Shown one piece after another: positions 19,519 through 26,912 of a stretch of 64,000 bases of DNA. The notes below the pieces were generated by a model, which worked only from the letters and a program-made list of their open reading frames with translations, ran no database searches and was not told the DNA's origin. Position numbers and translations under genes: made by a program. This stretch comes from Candidatus Latescibacterota bacterium (GTDB taxonomy: Bacteria; Latescibacterota; UBA2968; GCA-2709665). Where the stretch lies: contig OZ220733.1 of assembly GCA_965116875.1 (NCBI GenBank), forward strand, positions 4,704,001-4,768,000, read 5' to 3'. The stretch's first letter is position 1; every line of letters begins with the position of its first letter.

Positions 19519-19557
19519 CCTTACTTAAATTATAATATAGTAAGGTGAGCGTGTCAA
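19519..19557 (-). promoter_or_regulatory. Consensus sigma70 promoter with palindromic operator for AbrB-PIN
   Basis: TTGACA-17 bp-TATAAT; CCTTACT-N13-AGTAAGG straddles the -10 box and runs into the SD. Confidence 0.85.
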
Positions 19558-19687
19558 GTCTGAGGCCCAGTCAAGACAATGGAGCAGATGACTCGCGGTT
19601 CACGAACATATCGACCGCTAAAGAACGAACATTGGACAGATTTGACGAACGCCTGAAATAGACGACAAACGATCCGGACGACATGTA

Positions 19688-20002
19688 GAATCCCACCTTC
19701 GTCACACCCGCCAATGCTTCGTCCAATGTCATCATGGTTAACGATCCCACTCTTCCCGAAGGCGATCAACGTACTTTTGAGCATCCATTCCTTGCCAGAT
19801 TTCCTTACCCAATCCATGCAATTCCAGAATGCTCCTGTCTTTGGGCTCCTGTTGGGCGATGAGAGCCAAATCATGAACCGTCATATCCAACAGGCGAAGG
19901 CGGTCTGCTGTTGGCAACGGTTTGACAACTTTTTCGTAGATGCCCTCCAATTGTTCCGCCACAATCTTTCCTTTCTCTTTGCGCGTTAAATTGTCACGTT
20001 GT
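19688..20002. repeat. About 315-bp diverged direct repeat, copy 1 (antitoxin plus first ~16 codons of a PIN toxin)
   Basis: Aligns by eye with 23591-23905; toxin remnant MMTLDEALAGVTKVGF then homology ends. Confidence 0.85.
19738..19962 (-). CDS. Putative antitoxin (paralog of 23641-23865)
   Basis: SILELHGLGKEIWQGMDAQKYVDRLREEWDR; lies upstream of a PIN remnant. Confidence 0.8.
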   Translation of the reverse strand: MAEQLEGIYEKVVKPLPTADRLRLLDMTVHDLALIAQQEPKDRSILELHGLGKEIWQGMDAQKYVDRLREEWDR

Positions 20003-21170
20003 CCGGCATCTCCCCCACTGGTCGGTCCGGCCCCGGTCGAAAATCAGGCACCTTCATGAGCTTGCCGCCTTCGACAATTGAATCGTGCGCCCGGATGGCG
20101 GGTGCGGTTGTATCCATCGCCCTGTAGACGTCCAGCGGCAGCGGCGTTCCTTCGCGCACCGCGTCCCTGAAATGCGTGTGAACGTAATAGTCGGCATCGC
20201 CGTGACCGCTGCCCCGGGCGCCTGACGGGGCATCCGTGCGCTGATACTGCCAGTCCACGTCCGCCCAGTCGTTCATCTGGGTATCGGCAAGCCACATCTT
20301 CGGCTTCTCGTTGAGCGACCGCCGCCACTCGACGCTGCCCTTCGTGCCGATGAACTGCCACCAGTGGTGATCGCCGTGCGGCCTGGGCTGGGTGAATCCG
20401 CACAGCATCCGGATCACCGTGTCCTTCTCCGTCTTCATCAGCGCGACCTGCATATCCGCGCGTGAGATCTCGGGGAACGCGTAGCTGGGCTCCTTCGTGC
20501 TCATCCCTACGACCTCCGCGACCCGGTCGTCCAGAACTGTCAGCACCACGTCCATATCGTGCGAACCGATGCCTCCGACGATCACCGGAAGCGAGTGCAG
20601 CACGGTGGGTTCGGCTTCCGGATGGTCGGGCAGCGCTTCGATGGGATATTGTCTTCCCGTCTTGAAATCCTGGAAGTATTGATGGGTGCCGTACCACCCG
20701 ACGTACTGGCCCTCGGCATAGGTAATCTTGCCCAGCCGTCCCTCCGCCACCATCCGCCGCCAGCCTTCAACGACACCCCAGAACCGCGTCTGCTCGGCGA
20801 GGCTGTAGACCAGTCCGGTCCGCTCCACGTCCGTTACGATCCGCCAGCAGTCCGCCATGGTATAGGCCGCGGGCACTTCTGAGTTCACTTGTTTCCCGGC
20901 CTCCAGCGCCCGCGCCGCCATCTCCCCCACCTCCTTCCGCCTCACGCAAAGGCCGACCGCGTCCATCCCTTCGTACGACAGGAAGTCTTCGTAGTCCGAG
21001 AACACCCTTACGTCGGCGCCATAGCTGATGTGCCCCAGCGCACGCTCCTGCAGCGGCTCGATCCAGTCGTACACCGCTGTAATCCGGAAACCCGGGATCT
21101 CCTGCAACAGGCGGATCCAGTGCAGCCCGCGATGGCCCAGCCCGGCGATCCCGATTCGCACGTCGTCCAT
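19986..21170 (-). CDS. Gfo/Idh/MocA-family oxidoreductase
   Basis: IGIAGLGHRG Rossmann motif, SEVPAA (EKP-equivalent), GSGHGDADY. Confidence 0.9.
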   Translation of the reverse strand: MDDVRIGIAGLGHRGLHWIRLLQEIPGFRITAVYDWIEPLQERALGHISYGADVRVFSDYEDFLSYEGMDAVGLCVRRKEVGEMAARALEAGKQVNSEVPAAYTMADCWRIVTDVERTGLVYSLAEQTRFWGVVEGWRRMVAEGRLGKITYAEGQYVGWYGTHQYFQDFKTGRQYPIEALPDHPEAEPTVLHSLPVIVGGIGSHDMDVVLTVLDDRVAEVVGMSTKEPSYAFPEISRADMQVALMKTEKDTVIRMLCGFTQPRPHGDHHWWQFIGTKGSVEWRRSLNEKPKMWLADTQMNDWADVDWQYQRTDAPSGARGSGHGDADYYVHTHFRDAVREGTPLPLDVYRAMDTTAPAIRAHDSIVEGGKLMKVPDFRPGPDRPVGEMPDNVTI

Positions 21171-21182
21171 ATCGCGCTCCCC

Positions 21183-22286
21183 TCACCCTCTCCTGGAAAC
21201 CCGAACCGGGCTGACGAAGAGGTCCTCCGGCAGCAGGCTCGTCGTCACGATTGAATGCGTATGATTGAAGCCGTCGGTGGTGACCTGGGCCATTGCCGTG
21301 AAATACGTGCTTTCTCCACTCACGCCGCAGCGGTTTCCACCGCTGTGTCCCCGCAGCCAGTCCGGATCGACCAGTTGCTCGCCCTCCCACCGCCCCCGTG
21401 TCGCCAGCAAATGGCCGAAACGGGCGATATCCAAAGGGCTCATCACCACCCAGCCCGGACCGCTCCGTACCACGTGGCCGTTGATTTCAAAGGGCGGATC
21501 GAGATACGTGTACGAATCGGGTATGTCCGGATAGAAGAACCTGCTTTCGCTCACCGCCTTTCCCGTGTACCAGTCCCACCGCTCTGGCGGAATCCCGATC
21601 TTTCCAAACAGCCGCTCGTCCAGCACGTCTTTCAGGTCCCGGTCCCACACGCAGGTCAGCGCCTGACCCAGCCGCCAGAACCCGGCGCTGCTATAATGGT
21701 CTACCGTGCCGGGTTCGACGTGCGAATAGAGATCGTAGAACGGATCCCCAGTCCAGGTCGCCCACGCCGGACACCATCGGTCCGCCTCCGTCCGGGAGCG
21801 ACCCTCACGGCCCTTCGACCACTCGTTTCCCAGTTCCATGGGGAAGCCCCCCTGGTGTGTTCTATTCCTCTTCGGACCGATGAGATGGCGCCAGGTAAGC
21901 GTCCGGTGGTGTCCATGGTTCAGGTATTTGTGTGGATGCGAAAGCTCGCCTTCACCGGTCCAGGACCTGTGGATCGGGTCATCCGGGTCCAGCATCCCCT
22001 CTTCCACGGCAAATCCGATCAGCACCCACATGAACGCCTTGCCCATCGAGGCGGTCTGAAACCGGTAGTGCCGGTCGCCCCAGGTATGTACCAGGTACCC
22101 GCCTCGCGTAATCACGGTGCCCCATTTGTTTCCGGTGTGGTCCTCGCCGCCGAATGACGCACCTTTAACGTCCAGGCCCGACAGGAAGCGTTCGAATTTC
22201 CCAACGTCCAATCCGGCTTCAGCGGGCGAAATCTCGTTCCAGTCGTCCTTCGGATATGTCACCCAATCCGGGATCTCGCATTCCAT
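21183..22286 (-). CDS. Serine hydrolase, beta-lactamase class C-like family
   Basis: SxxK (SMGK), YSS, DIARFGHL...G.WEGEQL. Confidence 0.8.
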   Translation of the reverse strand: MECEIPDWVTYPKDDWNEISPAEAGLDVGKFERFLSGLDVKGASFGGEDHTGNKWGTVITRGGYLVHTWGDRHYRFQTASMGKAFMWVLIGFAVEEGMLDPDDPIHRSWTGEGELSHPHKYLNHGHHRTLTWRHLIGPKRNRTHQGGFPMELGNEWSKGREGRSRTEADRWCPAWATWTGDPFYDLYSHVEPGTVDHYSSAGFWRLGQALTCVWDRDLKDVLDERLFGKIGIPPERWDWYTGKAVSESRFFYPDIPDSYTYLDPPFEINGHVVRSGPGWVVMSPLDIARFGHLLATRGRWEGEQLVDPDWLRGHSGGNRCGVSGESTYFTAMAQVTTDGFNHTHSIVTTSLLPEDLFVSPVRVSRRG

Positions 22287-22440
22287 ATTATCGTCCCCGC
22301 ATCAGACATGTTGCAAGGGTTCGCCTCAATTCTCAAAGAGAAAACCGTCAATTTGGCCACAAAAAGCACAAGAGGTTTCGGTGCGAAACGGCGTGTACGG
22401 AAAAACGAGCTACTTTTTCAATGCGAACCAACTCCCATAT

Positions 22441-23058
22441 TCAATTTGTCTCTCCATCGCCGTATGCCTCAAGTACGGCGGTTCGCAACTGCCGATACCC
22501 GACCGGCGCGGCTCCCAGTTCCCGCAAACGCGAGAGCCTGACGGTCTTCTGGTCGCCGAGCACCTCATCCAGCGTTTTTGTGGGCACGACGGTAAACTCC
22601 CACTGTGTCAGTTCGAGAGGGTTGATAGTCATTTCGTCACGATGAAAAAGCAGGCAGAAAACATAGACGTCGGCGCTACGAATTGGTGTTTCCGAGTATT
22701 CCCCCGTCACTGAATCCCAGGACAAGGTTTTCGCGATACGAAAGTCAATTCGAGATGGTCGCGGCTGACGCCAGGACTGAATGTATGCCGCAGATTTGAC
22801 CTCAATTGAAATCCCCTCGGGCGTCCTGATGTCAACCTGATCCCATTCGACCCGTACGGCTGCGTGGTTCCATGCCCCAGTGGCCTGGCCGACAATGTAT
22901 TCAGCGACCATTCCGCGAAAAGCGTTGTTCAAAACGTCTGAACCCATCCAGACCCAGAAGTCAAGTATGGTGAAGGAGGTCGACTTCCCATCAACAGTAA
23001 AGGTAGACTGAGGTCGAAGTCGCTGTGGACCGTGCTGAACCGACTGAAACTCGCTCAT
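22441..23058 (-). CDS. Uncharacterised PD-(D/E)xK restriction-endonuclease-like protein
   Basis: RGMVAEYIV, WDQVD...IEVKSAAYIQSW, RSADVYVFCL. Confidence 0.7.
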   Translation of the reverse strand: MSEFQSVQHGPQRLRPQSTFTVDGKSTSFTILDFWVWMGSDVLNNAFRGMVAEYIVGQATGAWNHAAVRVEWDQVDIRTPEGISIEVKSAAYIQSWRQPRPSRIDFRIAKTLSWDSVTGEYSETPIRSADVYVFCLLFHRDEMTINPLELTQWEFTVVPTKTLDEVLGDQKTVRLSRLRELGAAPVGYRQLRTAVLEAYGDGETN

Positions 23059-23161
23059 TGTTTTCGTTCCAAAGGCGTAGACTTCCGAGGCCGCCACCAG
23101 GCACCCAGCATTCCCCGATGGGAATTGCGGAACAACGCTGGATTCATGAAGATGTGTAGTT

Positions 23162-23638
23162 CTATTCCACAACCGTTCCGCCTTCTGGTTTGAATTCTAA
23201 CTCACTGAGAATGAGCACGTTCACATCCTCGACCCGTTCAAGTGCTTTATCGTTGGTCAGAAATACCCCACACTTCGCAGTCGCAGCTACAGCAACCTAC
23301 AAAGCGTCAGGCGTGCGCAACCCATACCGCGCCCGAAGACCTGCGGCTTGCTCGGCAATCTCTGCATCGACGGGCAGCGTATGGAAATTGGCACTGTGAA
23401 GCAACAGATCGCGATACTCTCTTTGTAGATGAATCTTCCCTTGTTTCATTGGTTGAGTTAACACTTCCGTCAAGGTAATCGCCGACGTAAACCCTGTACT
23501 GATCCCTTGATCGATTCGGCGAAAAATCTCCGTTACCAACTCGTCGTACTCCGGATGTGTTTCTATCAGATAAATGATGGGCGATGTGTCGAATCCCACC
23601 GTCGTCACACCCGCCAATGCTTCATCCAACATCATCAT
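23162..23638 (-). pseudogene. PIN-domain toxin with premature TAG at 23297-23299
   Basis: FDTSPIIY...TLTEVL...LRTPDAL* then in-frame VAVAATAKCGVFLTNDKAL completes the PIN motif. Confidence 0.85.
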
Positions 23639-23905
23639 GGTTAACGCTCCCACTCTTCGCGAAGGCGATCAACGTACTTTTGCGCATCCATTCCTTGCCA
23701 GATTTCCTTTCCTAATCCACGCAACTCCAAAATGCTCCTGTTTTTGGGATCCTGCCGGGCAATGAGAGCCAAATCGTGAGCCGTCATTTCCAACAGGCGA
23801 AGGCGCTCTGCTGTCGGCAATGGTTTGACGTATTTTTCGTAGATGTCCTCCAATTGATCCGCCATACTGATTCCTTTCTCTTTGCGCGTTAAATGGTCAC
23901 GCTGT
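23591..23905. repeat. About 315-bp diverged direct repeat, copy 2
   Basis: Aligns with 19688-20002. Confidence 0.85.
23641..23865 (-). CDS. Putative antitoxin of the downstream PIN toxin
   Basis: MADQLEDIYEK...GLGKEIWQGMDAQKYVDRLREEWER; ATG after AAAGGA. Confidence 0.8.
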   Translation of the reverse strand: MADQLEDIYEKYVKPLPTAERLRLLEMTAHDLALIARQDPKNRSILELRGLGKEIWQGMDAQKYVDRLREEWER

Positions 23906-23912
23906 TTGGAAC

Positions 23913-24116
23913 TCATGTCGGTTCTACTCTATATATCGTTTCAGCTACTTTCAATTGGGTGCACCTCAATCCAAAATTCCCTGCGAGTTCAGTCTCCGGT
24001 TCTAATCAAACCTTAGCCTCACCTTCCGTACGGATCACATGAACATGCATCCGTGGCTCCTCTCGGGAGAAGAGAAAGAACCTGAATCCACGTTCTCTGT
24101 GAATCGTGGGCGCCAT
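23913..24116 (-). pseudogene. DUF4160-family small toxin-like gene with premature TGA (absent from the ORF track)
   Basis: AGGAGG then MAPTIHRERGFRFFLFSREEPRMHVHV..EGEAKV*LEP; the stop at 24006-24008 replaces the usual Trp of AKFWLEP. Confidence 0.8.
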
Positions 24117-24424
24117 AACGGGACTCCTCCTGTTACGGTTTCATCCCGGTTAACCGTTTTCGTTGGCTCTAGCGGATTTCCGTGGATTGACTGCACGATT
24201 GCCCATTGGAGACAACCGTTTCTTTCTCTCAAAAATGCCGCTTACATTCCTCTGGGCTGTATTACCTGTTATCCGCAGGGATATTCGAGTACAATGCGTG
24301 GCACTGATTTTTCACATATGCTTGAGACTTTCCGTCCGATGGAATGGCGATCCAATGATCGGTGTACAGATTCAAGTCTTCATTGGAATCGATGTTCGGG
24401 AGTAAGCGGACTGGGATTCCTTCA

Positions 24425-25312
24425 CTATTTCTTGAACATATCCCTTGCGTGCACAAAAACCTGTTTAAGAGCGTCCCGCTGTGAATCATCCATGTCTTCA
24501 CGAATAGGAACAATGTACTCTTGATCTTGCGGTGTATAGTCAATACCGACACTATCCAATAGTTCATCAGTCTCTAGATCCTGCGGAAGCCTAATCTCCA
24601 TCCTCACATGCCCCCTGCGTGGCCTAAACTTGACGAAATTCAATGTGTTGCCGTCGACTTCAAGCCCAATATAGTACTTGTTGTACTTGAGTGTAGCGCT
24701 AGACTCGACTTCTTTCACGACCGCGAATAGGTCGTCTGTTAAACTCAGCGTCTTCTTTGTGCCTCGAACCGTTTCCCAGTACGACCGGTCAACTGGTTGC
24801 GGTAACGGCTCATCATCGTCGACTGGCCCGCCCCTGATTTCGTCCAATACTTTAACGAAAGTCAACGCATATTGGTTATCTGTATGGTACGCGGTCATCT
24901 TGAGCGCGATCAACGGAATTGCACCGTTAAACAACTGGATTACGTTGAAAAATCGCGTCGTAATGTCCTCCGCCACGATAACAGCCGCGTGCTTGTATTG
25001 TGGATTTCGTCTGCGTTCGCAGTCCCAATACTCAATGGTGCGAATAATATGACTCTCGTCTGTCGCACCAAGCTGAATCTCAACTTCATACCGCTTCGAC
25101 GTATTGGGGTCAACAAGAAGCAGGTCGAGGCGACCGCCGTTCGGTTGCCGTCTCTCTCGATCGCGGACCTCAAGTTCACTAGCTAATCCCAGAATAGTTG
25201 GATCATCGGCGATCAGATCCTGCACTTGTTTCTCAGAGATTTGTTTCAACCCTTTTAGACTAACTGGTTCGAGTTTGGTAAACTTTGAGAGTGTTTCGTT
25301 CTCGGTAGACAT
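24425..25312 (-). CDS. NucS/Mrr-like endonuclease-domain protein with DUF5655-like C-terminus
   Basis: GRLDLLL.D...YEVEIQLGATDESHIIRTIEYW; LKYNKYYIGL. Confidence 0.7.
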   Translation of the reverse strand: MSTENETLSKFTKLEPVSLKGLKQISEKQVQDLIADDPTILGLASELEVRDRERRQPNGGRLDLLLVDPNTSKRYEVEIQLGATDESHIIRTIEYWDCERRRNPQYKHAAVIVAEDITTRFFNVIQLFNGAIPLIALKMTAYHTDNQYALTFVKVLDEIRGGPVDDDEPLPQPVDRSYWETVRGTKKTLSLTDDLFAVVKEVESSATLKYNKYYIGLEVDGNTLNFVKFRPRRGHVRMEIRLPQDLETDELLDSVGIDYTPQDQEYIVPIREDMDDSQRDALKQVFVHARDMFKK

Positions 25313-25405
25313 GGCGCGCTCCCTTCATAAATTCGTTTCGGACGTGCTGCCTATCGGGTCGGGCTCCGTCAGTGGCATAAGCTCAGATGTCATCCGATGC
25401 CGCAG

Positions 25406-25690
25406 GAGATGCTTCGTCGGCCTGACGGCTTCCTCAGCAAGACAATTTAGCCCGGGCGTGACGTAAGCTCCTCTACTTTCTCATTTTCGACAGAAGGACA
25501 TCGAGGCAGGCAGACAGGAATGTCTGCCCCACCTTCATATAGGCTTCCTGAGCGTGACAGCAATTCGCACCTTAGAAGCTGAAAGGAGTTACGTAGAGTT
25601 GAACTCCCCCTCCGCATCAGCCGTCGCCGGCCCTTCGACAAGCTCAGGGACCGGCTCGGCTTCTGCGACTCCCCCTCAAGGGGTGAGTGA
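25406..25690. repeat. Cluster of four different hairpin repeats next to the tRNA
   Basis: 25406-25444 TGTC...GGCCGACGAAGCATCTC (minus); 25509-25532 GTGG-headed REP GGCAGACA-ttcc-TGTCTGCC; 25601-25690 CCCCTTGAGGGGGAG-type element containing 25631-25650 CCCTGAGCTTGTCGAAGGG. Confidence 0.7.
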
Positions 25691-25799
25691 TTAAACCCGT
25701 AGTCCGCTATACTCCACCACTTTGTATCGAAGCTTGCTACCTACAACACCAGACGATCCGCATGGATGCGAAGGCGTCCAGGGACATTTCCCGATCAAC

Positions 25800-25838
25800 A
25801 AAAAAAACGGCCATTCAGACTCGAAGGTGAAATGGCCA
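25800..25838 (-). terminator. Terminator after tRNA-Gly
   Basis: Minus strand GGCCATT...AATGGCC-G-T8. Confidence 0.65.
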
Positions 25839-25864
25839 TTGATTGCGCGATAAAGCTGTTTTTA

Positions 25865-25940
25865 TGGAGCGGGAAACGGGACTCGAACCCGCGACATCAA
25901 GCTTGGGAAGCTTGCGCTCTACCAGCTGAGCTATTCCCGC
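25865..25940 (-). tRNA. tRNA-Gly (CCC)
   Basis: GCGGGAA acceptor stem, AGCTCAGCTGGTAGAGC D arm, CAAGC-TTCCCAA-GCTTG anticodon arm, GGTTCGAGTCC T arm, encoded CCA; 76 nt. Confidence 0.98.
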
Positions 25941-25954
25941 CCCGGTACCTGTCG

Positions 25955-25984
25955 AAAATAACCATCGCCACTAATGCGTGTCAA
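25955..25984 (-). promoter_or_regulatory. Candidate tRNA promoter overlapping the miaA 3' end
   Basis: TTGACA-18 bp-TATTTT. Confidence 0.5.
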
Positions 25985-26912
25985 GGGTTTTGAGGATCGT
26001 GTCCGGCGCGTCTTCCGGGCCAGCATTGATCCACGTGACCCGCCCTTCTTTCCGGAACCACGTAAGTTGGCGTTTGGCGTAACGCCGTGTGCCCATCTTG
26101 ATCTGCGCCGCGGTTTCATCCAGATCCAATTCGCCGTCCAGATGTCGGAAAACCTCCTTGTACCCGAAGGTATTGAGCGCGTTTAGCTCGCGGCCGTATC
26201 CACGCCGTTTCAATTCACGGACCTCATCCACGAGTCCGTCCGCGATCATGCGGTCCACCCGTTCTTCGATCCTCCGGTAAAGCAGCGCGCGGTCCGTTTC
26301 CAGGCCGAACCACGCCAAGCGCCAGTCCCGCGGGCGATTGGCGGGCAACTCGTGAAGCACCGACAGCGGCGTCCCGGTCAGTTCGAAGACCTCCAGCGCG
26401 CGCACGATACGCTTGGTATCGTTGGCGTGCAAACGGCCGGCCGTCACAGGGTCGACTTCGCGCAACCTGTGATAGACCCCCGCCGGATCTTCGCCGGCTT
26501 CACCGAGAAGACGTTCCCGGACCGCCCGCGGCGTGCGCGGGAGCGGAGAGAAACCATCGAGCGCAGCCTTCAAATACAGACCCGACCCTCCCACAAGGAT
26601 CGGGACGCGATTCCTGTCCAGAATCGACTCGATCGCCTTGGATGCGTCGCCGGCGTAGTGCCCGGCGCTGTAATTCTCATCGGGGTTCACAACGTCAAGC
26701 AAGTGGTGTTTCGCAAGCGCGCGCTCTTCCGCGGTTGGTTTGGCGGTGCCGATGTCCATATACCGGTAGACCTGCCGCGCGTCGGCGGACACCACTTCGC
26801 CGCCAAGCGCCCTCGCCAGGGCAATGCCGACCCGCGTCTTCCCGGATGCGGTCGGGCCCACAAGCGCCAATACGCGGCGCCGCCTATCGGTTGAATTGCC
26901 GATCGAGTTCAT
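25971..26912 (-). CDS. miaA: tRNA dimethylallyltransferase
   Basis: GPTASGKT, DARQVYRYMDIGTAKP, GGSGLY, TRRYAKRQLTW. Confidence 0.98.
   Translation of the reverse strand: MNSIGNSTDRRRRVLALVGPTASGKTRVGIALARALGGEVVSADARQVYRYMDIGTAKPTAEERALAKHHLLDVVNPDENYSAGHYAGDASKAIESILDRNRVPILVGGSGLYLKAALDGFSPLPRTPRAVRERLLGEAGEDPAGVYHRLREVDPVTAGRLHANDTKRIVRALEVFELTGTPLSVLHELPANRPRDWRLAWFGLETDRALLYRRIEERVDRMIADGLVDEVRELKRRGYGRELNALNTFGYKEVFRHLDGELDLDETAAQIKMGTRRYAKRQLTWFRKEGRVTWINAGPEDAPDTILKTLDTH

Noticed and set aside
15061-23905. Diversity-generating retroelement template/variable repeats among the duplicated segments
   Set aside because: Mismatches are not adenine-specific and no reverse transcriptase is present.
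23297-24008. Stop-codon reassignment (TAG=Gln in PIN, TGA=Trp in DUF4160)
   Set aside because: Each is one transition from CAG or TGG, core genes end normally in TGA (pnp) and TAG (rbfA), and neighbours carry frameshifts and truncations.
16100-25700. Integron cassette array
   Set aside because: Co-oriented small genes are suggestive, but there is no intI and I could not find consistent attC sites (RYYYAAC...GTTRRRY) after the genes.
14990-25940. Classical integrative island or prophage at tRNA-Gly
   Set aside because: No integrase or phage genes, and I found no duplicated tRNA 3' end at the far boundary by eye.
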